Numbered from the whole stretch's first letter, positions 11,514 to 24,254 are shown. The stretch is DNA of 63,987 nucleotides, filler included, from Diploschistes diacapsis (GCA_023645945.1; 11 parts of 11 records of this genome joined end to end with filler, not necessarily neighbours in it), one strand, 5' to 3'. Made by a program: numbers and translations. Notes: a model not told the origin generated them from the letters alone.

Positions 11514-12807
11514 TGTAGTTTGTTACAAGGAGATAAGAGGAGAAAACACTTTCGAACTCAATCGACAAAGAACTTTGGGAAAGATCAAGGAGAAGTGCAG
11601 AAGATGAAGGGTAGAAGAGACTGGTGAGGTTTCACCGTGGTGTGGCATTTGTGGGCAAGGCAAAAAAGTAGGCAGGCAGGCTATGAGGCTTAGATGAGGG
11701 GTTATTGGCTCTGATAACCCTTTCCTATTTAGAAGCAACATCAAGGAAGAGCTTTCGAGTGCTTTCCAGGTCATAAACAGCCTCGTCCAGCCCTTTATTG
11801 AGGTTTATTTTATTCTTTCGTGATTGATTTTCCTCTTTGGACTTACGGAGAAAGTGTTGCTCCGTAACCAAGTTAGTAAACTTCAATAATTTGTAGATAC
11901 AACGACCATCTCGGAAGACTCTTTGTTTTCGTCAAATAGGCGACTCATGAGGCGGTAGTATAAGGAAGCTGCTCTAATATTGGTTCGATCGTCTTGCATT
12001 AGACTTGCGCTCTCTCTTTTCTGTGATCAAGATGCTGTTTAGGAGAGCCACAGCATTATGGCCACTATGCTCCTCATCAGCTGCTATGTCCTGTGGGTAG
12101 CGTCGCCATCGACAACTTGGAAACCTAAGGATTCATCCGCATGATGCTAATATGGGATGCTCAGTTCAGTTTATAAAAACATGTGAGCCTGCAAAGGCGA
12201 TTGTGATAATAGCTTACACACCAGGTACCTCTTGGGCTACTTTGTGCTGACATAAAAACTCGAGTGATGCTTCAGATCAATTATAAACCAAAATTGAGGT
12301 ACTTAATTGAAGCCTTCCCCAGAATTTCTAGATCTGTGTTGTGATCTATTTGAAGCATCTTCCGAGCTCTTGTATAGCTATAAAGTGATGGAAGAGTGAA
12401 TTTGAGTGAAATGTTTTGTGACCTTTTTTAAATTCAGATTGACCAGAGTTTGTTCTTCTCCATTCCAAGTATTTTGATCGAGTCTAGGTAAATGACTGAA
12501 CTTCATAGGAGCTCAATTCTATCATTTAACTCTACTTTCCATCTCATCTCAAAGTTATTCAGCTTACCTGCACATTCACTATTACTCCCTTCACCATAAC
12601 AGCTAAAACTTTTCTTGATACAAGCCCGCTACCTCTCTCCTCAACCCTAGTCTCTCTATTATACACCTTCAGGGACTCCGATAATTAGACAAGAAAAGCT
12701 TTACTTCTACTCGTGCTCAAGTGCCCAAGTCCCCCCGGTATGTGTAAGACTGTCGAGCGTCTTATTTCGCTAACGGTTATACCTCGAACAGCTCTGAGAA
12801 GTATACA

Positions 12808-14214
12808 ATGTCCCACTTCAGTAGCATACGACCGGAGCATCGCGGCAATGCCTCCTCCACCATTCCCAAAGAACTTTTTGCAAAGGATTTGCAAGAATCC
12901 ATCCGTCTTGCGCTTCCCCCCGGTTCTTGCCCGTATAGTAAGGTCGTCGTGCTCATGGTAACCTGGGAACACCTCTACGAAGAGACCGAGGGTGGACTTC
13001 GCCAAGATTTCGACGAGTTGAGATCGTTGTTTGAAGACGACTACGGCTACGAAATTGTCACCATCTATCTGAATGTAGCCGAATCCCTGACCACGACCAT
13101 ACGAAATCTGATAAAGCGATGCGTCCGCTTGATGCCGCTAGACGATCAGTTACTGATCTTCTATTATGTTGGGCATGGAGCATACGATGCTGCCAACCGA
13201 CAGACAATGCTGGTGTAAGTCTCGAGCGCCTGACTATATATATATTATTGTTCGCTAACGTGTTGTTCCAGACCCTATGGCCCAACCCCGATAGCGGCTC
13301 CTGAGATGCTGTCCGGACCTTCGCCAATCTTAGTGCCGACAGAGGGAGGAAACTTCGCACCACTTGAAGGCCGCATAGATTTTCAGCGCCACATCTCCAA
13401 CAGTCTCGATTACTCCAGCGGGCAAGTCCTTTACCTCATGGACACTTGTCACAGCGCGTCTGCCGGCATCCATCAGACTCGAGAGGTTTTGGCGGCTTCG
13501 AACATCGAAACCCAAACAATGGGTAGATCAAGCGGCGGACAATCGTTCACGCAAGCGCTGTGTATGATGCTGAGGAGATACCCAGCAGCGACGACCGCAG
13601 CCGAAGTCCACGCCAAGTTGGTATATCACTACTTCGAGGAGCAGGCAGGGGTCAACCTACACGCCACGCCTGTCCACGTTGCCGATACGCGCCCAAATAT
13701 CCCGTCAATAACCATAGCCCCCTTGCGTCCCAAAGCTCCGCAGACTCAATCTCAACAACCGGCTGCTGGCACATCGGACAAGCTCGCGAAGGTAATTATC
13801 CGGGTGTCGCTTTCAGATAAGCCGCCGAAATCCGCAGAGCTGGCCAACTGGCTGCGGTCTCATATTCCCGAGGGCGTCCAAGATATCGAGGTCGAAGGTA
13901 TCTTCTCCGCGACCTCCTGCAAGGTCCTCCTCAGAATACCGGTGCAGTGGTGGGACCTCCTACCGGACAGAAGCTGCTACGCATTCGTTGACTACGTCGC
14001 TGCGCCCAACCTGGTGGTTTCGGAATTGAAGACGTCCTTGGAGGCCAGTCAAGCGCGCGTTCGAGCACTGGAAGCACAGTTGGGAGGCACAAGGCAACAG
14101 CAGCAGACACTTCCTGTTGGTCGGGGCCGGGGTCGCGGGCATGGCGGGGATAAGAAAGAGAATATTCGACCGGGAGGCTCTGGTTTTGGCAATAGAGGAG
14201 GGAAGGCAAGCTAA
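12808..14214 (+). CDS. Caspase/metacaspase-fold (clan CD) protein of the fungal uncharacterised type, with coiled coil and RG-rich tail
   Basis: Intron 13215-13271 (GTAAGT..GCTAAC..CAG) fuses both ORFs in frame. LLIFYYVGHG (His-Gly) and VLYLMDTCHSA (D-x-C) match the caspase dyad. N-terminal YSKVVVLMVTWE strand; SFTQAL motif. Confidence 0.8.
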
Positions 14215-14439
14215 TCTGCTACCGCCTTGAAGATTGGCCTCGGGATCACGGATGGAACGAAGGAAGGATAAGTAGGGACACAAGGATGTGGCCTTTGGGC
14301 CTGGACAAAACCGCCTTGGAGATACACTAGCTCGATAGGCAGGAAAAGCAGCTTCATACGAATGAAAGTCCTGGAAAGTGCTATTGACACAAAGTCCAGG
14401 CCATAGTTACTATGTGATGTTGTGGTGGTAGCTGCATCT

Positions 14440-14502
14440 CTATTCAAGTCTTTACAAGCTGTTCAAGTCTTTACAAGCTATTCAAGTCTTTACAAGCTAT
14501 TC
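14440..14502. repeat. 19-bp tandem repeat CTATTCAAGTCTTTACAAG x3.3
   Basis: Three consecutive units with one A/G mismatch, plus a partial unit. Confidence 0.95.
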
Positions 14503-15686
14503 TAGTTTCTGTCAAATTTCATTTCCATGCTTCGCTCTCATCGCTGCTTCATACTCTTGGGTTTCTCTTGCGCATTCCTTGGCTTCCCTTTCGCGTCATG
14601 CTTTGGTTTTTGGGGGGCCTGCAGGAGGTTCTAGATACTGTTCACTCATCAATTGGCTTTAGATACTAGAGCAAACTTTGAGGCGCCGTCTGTAAACAAA
14701 TGTAAAGCGTTCAGCATATATTGTCTGCAGCTCCTGATTGGCTTATGGCGGCAAGGAAAAGTAGCGAGTCATGCTGTACTTTCCCGAGTAGCAAGGCGCT
14801 CTTGGATGCCTAGCATCCTCCCCTGCCGCAGATGTGCAGGAACAAGGCTGATTGACAGAGATAAACTCCTGCTAAAACAGGAGTGAAGGCTACTCCCATT
14901 TACTCAAGAAACAAAGCGCCCCAGATCTGGTCCACAGCCCGACAATCCTTTATGTCTAATATAGATTGCATTAGTTTTTTGCCAGAAAGCTCTGATCGGA
15001 ATACCTTCAAACCAGCAAGTAGGCGGTGCAACGCTTCAGCCTCCCGCCCGCATGCCCGCAACAGATTCCTTCTGGAATTAAACTCGAACTTCCCGGGCTT
15101 CGTCAGTGCTTGCGAAATGCTCCGAGCTTTTCATCAACGCGATAGCCGCAAGTATGCGGCATAAACACCCGCCAGCTCAGCTACAAGTAACCGAGTACCG
15201 TTTCGAGACACACACACACACGGGCCCGAAGGCTCCCCGAAACGCGAGGATTGCGCAGCTCTAGCATTCTGGCGGATGCCGATCAGGCAATGTGGTGCTC
15301 GGGCGTATGGAGTCGAGTGAAGCGCTTCGGGAAGAGCACCAAGGTAGAACGGAACGTGGCTCTCATACAACAAGAAGATGCATTGAATAGTGAAGTTCGC
15401 AATGCAAAATGGGTATACCGCCGTCCAACGCCAAAGAAAAAAGCAAAGCATCGTCAGTCATGCCCTCGTAGTAGCCCGCTTCCCTCCGCTATTCCCATAT
15501 TCATCCAATCGTGACAGCCCCGGTCTTCGGCCGTATTGCGCATCGACCTCTCTCTCTCGCGCGAGCGCTAGCCTTATCCCCATGATACCTATGTCCACTT
15601 CCCACGTCCAGCACCCTCCGTCTCGAGTGCGCTGGGGTCTACCTCCCGCCCCTCAGCCCTCATGCGCCCAAGTCCAGTTCCAAGAA

Positions 15687-15959
15687 TCAACCTCGCTTCC
15701 CCTCCAGCACCCTAACTTCCACCCCTTTCTCCATACTCCCTCTCTCACCCCATTTTAGCAGTCCCTTCTTCTCCTCCCACCCGGTCTCGGTGTCGGTGAC
15801 GGAGATTTCGAGCGTGAGTCGGCGCTGCCGCTCGCGGGCCCAGAGCAGAGCGGCGCCGACGATGGCGAGTTGGAGGAAAGTGCCCAGCGCGATGAGGAGG
15901 ATGAGCATGCTGCAGGGCGACGTGGGGAAGAGGAGGGGGGAGGAGGTGGGGTGGACCAT
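15687..15959 (-). CDS. Small single-pass membrane protein (90 aa)
   Basis: ATG in ACAAACATG context with a TATAAG about 80 nt upstream. Hydrophobic span MLILLIALGTFLQLAIVGAALLWA followed by RERQRR. Confidence 0.6.
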   Translation of the reverse strand: MVHPTSSPLLFPTSPCSMLILLIALGTFLQLAIVGAALLWARERQRRLTLEISVTDTETGWEEKKGLLKWGERGSMEKGVEVRVLEGKRG

Positions 15960-17064
15960 GTTTGTAGCGGGAATGTGGTTGTTATGGTGGGTTAATAATT
16001 GACAGTGAATTGCAGCGTCGTAGTGGGAGGAGGTCTTATATCTGATCAAAGACCGAGGAGCGACAAGAGTTGGAAGGAGAGCCAGACTAAAAAGAGGATG
16101 TGGAACTCGAAAGCAGAAGCAATAGAAAGTATAGCTGAGCAAGGTATGTACAAAAGAAACAGCAACCCTGCTTCTAGGTGAAGGGCAACTGGCACACGCA
16201 AAACCCCACACAAAAGTCAATAGAATGAATATGCGAATCTTTCAAAGGACGATGGCGTGCCGAACCCTTTATCGATATCAGCATCTCACGCATGAACCCC
16301 CCAGGGCCCCAGCACCCAACACATCTAAGGCCCATAAAAGATCTGCCTCGCTTCCTTTGCAGTCTAGCTCGCTTTGGACGAGATTGCTGTCAGGTTGTCC
16401 TATTCTTATCCCAGTCTTATCGCGGCTTAGGCTGAGGTTGTCACTGAAACAAAAGGTACCAGGCTCTTGCGACATGCGGCCAACTTAGTCTGTACTTCCG
16501 CACGTACTGTGTTCGTAGCACCAATCCAAGTCACAGCAGTACTTTCCGGAGGAGTACTTGGCATGGATAACAACACTGCTTCGCCTTCTGAACAAACACG
16601 AAGAGTTTGATCGGTGTTGTTATGGTTCCACAGTAGGAGGCTGAGACCGTGATGTCTTAAGTTTAGCTCGCTAGCCTCGGGCCGTTGATTTACCGCTTGC
16701 CCATGTTTACTAGCATGCCAAGGAAACCAGGCAAAAGGGCTTGGTGGGCTGAATGTCAGCTTTGATAAGCTGTTGAGAGATCTATAGATCTACTGGTATT
16801 TGCCAGATTGGGTGGCTGTCCAAGATATTGGGGAAAAGGGGGGAATGGAACACCCCTTGACCGTCATAGCAAGATGTTGCCCACATGGTATTAAGCAGGT
16901 AAGAACAAGCAGCTGTGGGACTGGATAGGAGATTCAGTTCGTGGTATTGCTTCCGGAACGGCCCTATTCAGTATCAGACGCGATGTAGAAGTCCTTCCGT
17001 ATCTGGCTGATAAGAAACCGAATTGAAAACGCCTTTCTGTTCTATTGGCCGCCTCACAGCTCGC

Positions 17065-20000
17065 TCAGGAGAAAATGTCAGCCCAATACCTCTCGCCCTT
17101 CAAACTCCTAACCCATTCCTCCGCCTCGCTCTCCGAAACACCATCATTAGCTTCAACATAAACCTTCTTCATGACCACATTGACGCTAGTTCCCACACCT
17201 CCGGACCCACAAAGATATATCTTCGCATCCCGCCTGAACAGTTCTGCCGCCTCCTCCCTGTCATTCCACAGCCGATCCTGGACATGTTTGCAACCCTTGC
17301 TCTTCTCCGGCGCGCGGGAGAATGAATAACGTACGTCGACGGCGCCAAGGGATTGCCAGCGTTTAAGCTCGTCGGTGTACATGGCGTCCGAGTCTGGAGC
17401 GCCACAGCCATAGAACAAGAGGGCAGGACCCAGTGTCTTGCCGGCTTCAATCTTGAGAGCACGTTCCTGGATGAAGGCCCGGAAGGGCGCGATGCCGGTG
17501 CCAGCACATATCATGAGAATAGGGATGCTATCGTCACGGGGTGGATGAAAGCCTTGAGAGGGCCTCACGGCGACGTGGATCCGATCACCGGGCTCGCATT
17601 GAGCAAGATAGTTACTTGCAACACCTAGGTACCTCTTGGATGGATCGGCTTGCATGGGGCTATCGATGACTGTGTAAGTGAGTGTGCATCGCGTCGGGTC
17701 TGCGAGGGGCGAGGAGGAGATGCTGTACTGGCGGACGCGCATCATTGGCAGGGAGTCGAGGAACTGGCCAAAGCTGAAGGTTGCTGTGGGATACTTCTCC
17801 AGGAGGTCGAGCAAGCTCGTGTTCTTGGATTGGATTTCTGCCTTGAACTTATTCTGGATGGTGGTTTCAAGTTCTGCTCGGAGCTTGTCCTCCGGAATAC
17901 TTTGCGCCACCTTGGACGCTTGCTTCATCGTCACTGGCTGGCCGAGCTCAACATAGGCTGACAAGATATTGAATGCGCCGGTGTTCCGATCGGTCGGAAG
18001 ACTGGTCTGAGAGGATGGATTGATCTTCACCGTAGCGTCCCAGGGCAACCCAAATCGAGCCATGGCCCTGCGGGTGGATCGGACTGGATTAATCGGCAAT
18101 ACAGCCAGGTAGTCTCCAGCCGTGTATGAAGTTCCTGTGGGTAATTGCACCTCGATGTGCATATTCTTCTTACTTGCCCCAGGACCGCTCAAGACCTTGG
18201 TGCCTGTGACCAATGCATCCTGAACGTCTTGACGAAGCAACGTTGATCGTGAGCTCGTGGAGAGCTCGAGAGATAAGCCGCCATCTTCTGTATCAGGCCC
18301 CTTGGTTTGCTTACCAAAAGCTTTGGTTATGGCAGGCCACAGCTTCTCGTCTTGCCATCGATCAAAGTTATCAAAGAGCTCACCGTCGTTTGCATCTGCA
18401 AATCCGCGCTCAGTAAGTCTGTGGGCACCTCTTTCCGCTAATGTGGAATCTATCAGCTTTGGAATCCTTTGGTATGTCGACACCCAATCGCCTGGGCTTT
18501 TATTAGCGAATGCACGTTGGACGTATCCACGCGGGCTATCTCGACGTACGGTTTCCACATCCAAAGACAGCATAGCTGACACCTTCAAGTATATTCCCTT
18601 TCAAGCTCTCCATCCAATTAAAAAAATGTACAGCATTATCTGGCGGTTCTCCTTCATAGCTTGCAGTTATCACAACGACTGGAACCTCTTTTGGCTTCAC
18701 ATCGGGAGCTCTGTCTAGGATATCAACAATTGCCTTGTAGCCATGGCCTGCTGCTGCCGACGCCAGAGAGTTGGCCATGGATTCGCAGGTGCCAGTATTC
18801 GACCCGTAATAGATATACATGGGCGCAGCTTCCGTACTAACGGTGGCAGCTTCGGGCACCTTTGACTTTTGTGCCGTAACTGAAGGGTCGGATCTGCTGG
18901 AGCCCTCCGCGATAGCATGCTCCCGTCTGAGGGTAGCGCGCATGAAGAAGTCCTTGGGTTTGATAGTCAGCGTTTGCTTGATTTCTAGTTGGTAGCTTGG
19001 ATCATCCAATGTGAAGTCGAAATTCTGTAGTAGCATAACCACGGCAAGCTGCGCTTCTTGCCACGCAAAAGGCCTCCCAATGCAGGCTCTCATACCGTTC
19101 CCGAAAGGCTACAGTCGTTAGCTCATGCACTTTTCAATTGGACAAACATGCCTTCCATGCGTTTGGCGGTAATTCGTTGAAGGGCTCGTCAAGCATCCTT
19201 TCGGGCTTAAAGATATCGGCATCTTCACCATATACGCTCAGATCTCGATGAGCAGCCTGAAGGAGATTCACTATTGGTGTGCCTTTCTTGACCAAATAAT
19301 CCCCGCCAATAATCTCATCCTCTTTGGGAGTGACCCCGAAAGCCACAGCCGTTGGGTTGAGTCGAAGTGTCTCCCGAAGACAGGCGGTGATGAACGGGAC
19401 TTTTTTCAGGTGAGCCAGAGTCACTGGGGAGTCTCCCACAACGTCGTCAACTTCTGCTCTGGCTTGTTGCAAAGCAGAAGGATTCTTCAGGAGATGATAG
19501 AAGAGAAACGACAGCATCCCGGATGTCGTTTCATGTCCTAAGAGAGTACATCTGTAAGCAATGCAGAATTGGCACGATCAGAATCATAGCCAGTATCACC
19601 AGACAAAATTAAATCATACCTGCAATTAGAAAGGTTATCATGTTGTCTAGATTATGATTAGTGAGTTTCGGCCCCTTAGATAAAGCCGACCTACCGATCA
19701 CCGTCTCCTCGTTCAGACTCTCGCCAGTCTTCGGGTCTTTGCCCTTGATCATGGCATTTAGAAGGTCCTTGTTGTCATTAGGATGCTGTCGACGCTGGTT
19801 CAGGAGATCTTTGGCAGTTCCTCGCAGAAAAGCAATATCCGAATCAAACTTGTACTTTCGACTGCCCATAAATCTGTCCGCGAAGGCAGGTCGTGATGAT
19901 CTCTCTCCCGATTCTCTCAAAACATCAAGCATCCCGTTTACGAAAGGATGCATCTCCTCGGAATAGAAAGAATTGAACCTCATACCCATAGCAGTCAGCG

Positions 20001-20515
20001 CAATGCTATCTAGGGTTAATCTTGTGAAGTCGTCGGTCACGGGAATCTTGTAGTCTGGGCCATATCGCGCCCACTTTAGGACGAGCTGTGAGGCGATATC
20101 GTGCATGTCTGAGAACATCTGGCTGATTGGCAGCGGACCGAACGATGGCATCAAAGTGCGATGAGCGATCTCCCAGTTGTGTTCTCCAGTGAAGGCGGTA
20201 AAGAGTCCATCGTGGGTTAGATGACGAAGCTGTGCCAGTCCGCCAGACACAGCCTTCTCGAAACGTTTCTCATCGCACAGCTCATTCACCAAGTCGTTCG
20301 TCGATACGAAGAGTCTCTCGCTTCCGCCGAGGTTCAGCTTGAATATTTTCCCTACGTGGTTGTTAATCAGCCTGTTGCCAGCCCAGCCTGACTCGTTTCT
20401 GTTTACCATATCGTTCAGCTAGAGCAAGGAGGCTACCCATAGGGTACTCTGAACTGATATCAAACGCATTGCCTAGGAAGGGGAGGCCGGGCGGTGAGGG
20501 GATAGGAGTTGACAT
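17065..20515 (-). CDS. CYP505: Self-sufficient cytochrome P450/NADPH-P450 reductase fusion (P450foxy/BM3-like)
   Basis: PSPPGLPFLGN, FLIAGHETT (via a 27-nt micro-exon), ETLRL, PFGNGMRACIG heme motif, flavodoxin YGSNTGTC, RQYSISSS, CAGTGIAPFRAF, C-terminal RYWADIFS. Five GT-AG introns keep the frame. Confidence 0.95.
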
Positions 20516-20955
20516 TGTACGATGCGGATGTGGAAGTGGGATGAACAATAGTGAGCTGGGAGAGGAGAAATAATCGGTATAAGACGCGGCCCCAATACGA
20601 AGGGTTTTGTATGTACAACGGTGGTGGTAGAATGCTATATGGGAAGGTCTAACATGTGATGAAACAAGAGAAGCCAAGTGGCTCGCATGGACAAGAGAGG
20701 GCTGAGTTGCCTTTTATGTCGCATATAGAGAATATAGCACACTTAAATGTCGAACAAAGTATTGCGTCCTGTGAATCTGACGAGCTGTCTGCTTCTTATC
20801 AGCAAACTGTGAGCGTAGAGATTCACAATGGTTTCTCTATGAAGCAGGGCGAAATTTGGCTCGGTTGAGGTGCATTTATCTCCATACTCCGGTTTGAGGG
20901 CCACAAGGTCCAACACGTCCGCTTTCACTTCTTCCTGATCATCCGCAGTACGAAA

Positions 20956-21219
20956 CCGAGGCTTCGACACAATGGGCCGCAGAGGGCCGCAGAGCATGCT
21001 TACAGCTCATGGAGCTGGACAAGGTGGACCAGAGAAATCTTTGAAGAGCAACGAAAGCCCTGTTGTTGTTGTGCCGAGGAAGATGCTTTACTTACGGCGT
21101 TCTCCGGTCTCGACACTTATTAGTCATTCTCGGCCGTACCGGACTTAACTTCCCATCTTATCGGACCGGAAAATTACAATTTCCACTGCCGACCGTCCGA
21201 ACCTTCAAATGGACCGAGG
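20956..21219 (-). promoter_or_regulatory. Three CCTCGG (FarA/FarB/CTF1-type) motifs upstream of CYP505
   Basis: CCGAGG on the + strand at 20956, 21074 and 21214, 440-700 nt upstream of the ATG. Confidence 0.5.
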
Positions 21220-21682
21220 CAGCATATTCTCAGCTTCCATGCAACATTCAAAGCGGAAATGCTGTACAGGCTGCTCATGTGCGGTTACATGTATGAGCAA
21301 AGTCCCCCTGTTCAGTGGGATACAATTAGGGGTGGCTTCGGTGGCTCGGTATCAATCCGGGTGTCAGTTAAAGGCAACTAACGGGGAGATGTTGCTCGAG
21401 CCAGATACGATGGTATGCTGAAGTGCTACAAAGGGCAATAAAAAAGGAGAACATAAGAGTTCTTAGCGAGGCGACTAGTCAACTACAGAGGCTTTTCTGT
21501 GTGACTATAGACCGGCTCACCATTTTATCATTCCCAAAAATAAAGCCTGGTTACATCTGACTGAGGTGTCGAGAATGTCGCGAGAGCACGGCCAATCCAA
21601 AGGACTAGCCGCTATTGCTGAGCACTCGATGAACCCGTCATTACGCGAACTATGGAACTATGCATGATGCGATTTCCAAGCA

Positions 21683-23550
21683 TTACCCAATAACGATGTC
21701 CCGAAGCTTCTTGGAGATGCCACTGGGTTGAGGCTTGTCAGCCTCCTCGACAGGCTCTTCAATGTAACGCCTGCCTGTCCAAATGTCCATTTCGGAGACC
21801 TTGGCCAGCTTTGTCCGCTTGGCCAACTTCCACGTCAGCACCATGAGTACAAAGACTGGCAGCAGTATATAATTTATCACAAAGTTAGATGGCGAAAAAG
21901 GGTACAAGAATGCAGTATAGCCTATGGTTTTACCGAGTTAGTCTCTCCAGTCACGCTGCAAACGGCCCACTTGACTTTACATACCTTGGAAGAAAACCAG
22001 AAAGACGTTGGCCGCTAAAGCTGCGTATGTGCCGTACGGGTACCACAGAGCTCTATAGGGTAAGGTGTCGACGGATTGGCCCTGTGCCTTGAGCGCTTGG
22101 CGGAAGCGAATATGCACGAGCTCAATTGTCCCCCAGACAATAAAGGTTGCAACTACAACGCGCAGGAATGATCAGCTCGAAGCTTTTTCCAAAACCTAAT
22201 CATCTCTTTTTGCTCCACTCCTTTGATTCACTTGATGTTGTATGTATCACTTACCTCCAGATAACGTAATTAGAGCCTCGTACACCGTGCCCGCACCACT
22301 TCCGATAGATAGGAAAGCAATACATGCGATCAGATTCGAGAATATTAAAGCCGCCCACGGCACTCCCCTTTTACTCGTCTTTCCCAAGAATTTCGGCGCC
22401 TTTCCACTTCTCGCCATATGGACGATTGTTCTGGAGCTGACATAGAGTGACGAATTGCCGGCAGAAATAACGGCGACCACGATAAGTCCATTGATCAGAC
22501 TAGCTGCTGGTGCGATGCCAGCCTCGGATAGTGAAATGGTAAGGGGGGACGCTGCTGTTCGAGAGCCTGCGGCTAGGAGTTGCGGGTCATCGTAAGGGAG
22601 TAGGATGCCAATGAAGAACATGGTTCCAATGTAGAAGAGGAGAATCCGGTAGAAAACTTGTTTGATTGCGAGCGGAACTGAGCGACGAGGGTTGGAGGTC
22701 TCGCCAGCTGTAATACCGACCCTGAGATCTGTCAGCCAGGACCTTATTTCGTAGGTGGCAAGGTCATTGCAGCAACTTACATTTCAGTGCCCGCATAGAG
22801 GGTACCTGCTATGACAAAGGTCTTCGCAACACCGTTAATGCCATCCGCAAAAGGACCAGGGTCTTCCCAGTATCTGAAGCCTATCTTCTCTCTTCCAAAA
22901 CCTCCAGCGGTAATGACGATAGCCAGAACGAAGAAGACGGTAATGGACAATATTTTGAGACTGCCTTGAGTCAACCATGAACCTTAAGCCTGCTTGCCAA
23001 AGACTCACAGGCTTAACCAGAACTCTATCTCCCCAAACGCCAGAACTCCCAACATGGATAAACCAAGAAATATCGCCCAGAATATCAGAATCCAGCCCCA
23101 CTGAGGTACAGCGTCGGTCCAATACATGATAACAAGGCTTACGGCATTGTATTCATTGGCCAGAACAGTTACCCAGAGATACCAATAAGCCCACCCCAGC
23201 GCGAAAGACAGGCTTTCGTCCACGAATCTCTCCGCATATTCAGTGAAGCTCCCCGTCACAGGCATTAAGGTCGCCAATTCGCCCAAGGACTGCATGACAA
23301 AGAAGACTATGATGCCAACGAGCGCAAAGGAGATGAGGATACCGGCCGGCCCAGCGAGATGCAGAGCATTTCCCGAGCCCACTAGCAGACCTGGACCGAT
23401 AATTCCCCCAATTGCAATCATCTGCAGATGCCGCGACTTCAAAGATCGATGAAGCGGAGCGATATAGGGATCGTTAGTTGCATCCTCCGAGGCGATGTCA
23501 CGGTCGCTGGCGGGACGAACACCCTCTTGAACGACAGATTTGGACCCCAT
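21683..23550 (-). CDS. Amino acid permease (APC superfamily, YAT family)
   Basis: LKSRHLQMIAIGGIIGPGLLVGSG, QSLGELAT, GEIEFW, GTEMVGITAGE..NP, KQVFYRI. Four GT-AG introns give an intact frame. Confidence 0.93.
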
Positions 23551-24254
23551 GGCTTCTGAAGCTCTGTATCCTCTCCTACACGTAGAAATAGCTCTAGCCC
23601 TTCCTGATTCACAAAGGCACCTGAGGCGCTCGCAGCACTTTACAGAACAACTCTAGGAAAGACACATGACATTGAGAAGGAAAGCGTAGAAACAAGATAA
23701 GGGAAAATCAAGATGCACACAAGCAAGCCCTCCCAGGTTCCTACATCGACCCACCTACGTCTTTAGCAGAGATTTCGCCATTTTAGCGCGATAAGCAGGA
23801 CCGACTTGAAGTGGTCTATTGCTGGGCCAGCTCCGTACCCAATCCATGAATGGGTGGGCGAGATCGTAGTATCGTAGCATCATAGTATCGAATGATATGA
23901 GATATAGAGCTCATTGAACTCTCTGGAGTTCTTTGAAAGCTAATGCTTTTCGCTACGATAAGAGGTAAGATGGAGCGCCGACATACTACAGTAGGTAGGC
24001 AACTTTTTTAGTCACAACGGCCAGGCGACCGTTTTGCCTCAGGAGCACCTCCTGTTCCGCACCCTTTTCATACAACTCTCTAAGGCTGAACGATGCGGAG
24101 CAGATGGTGCTCCGAAGGCAGGTAAAGAGCCCTCATTCACTTGACATATACCCAGAATCCTCGTCCCCTTTGCCTTTATAACCTCCTGTTTGCAGGCTGT
24201 TTCCTTATCACCTGTTGCCTCTAGATACTTGAAAGTGCTCACGGCAGACATCAC

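Noticed and set aside
11940..12000. GGTTCGA as a tRNA T-loop
   Set aside because: No cloverleaf stems or acceptor pairing. No tRNA or rRNA was recognised anywhere in the window.
13290..13306. Premature stop in the caspase-like gene
   Set aside because: After splicing 13215-13271 the TGA is out of frame and the ORF is continuous.
14500..15135. Protein-like stretches on the minus strand
   Set aside because: Require several stops and frame changes, and no family is recognisable.
17065..23550. CYP505 plus permease as a secondary-metabolite cluster
   Set aside because: No backbone synthase or cluster regulator is visible in the contig portion shown.
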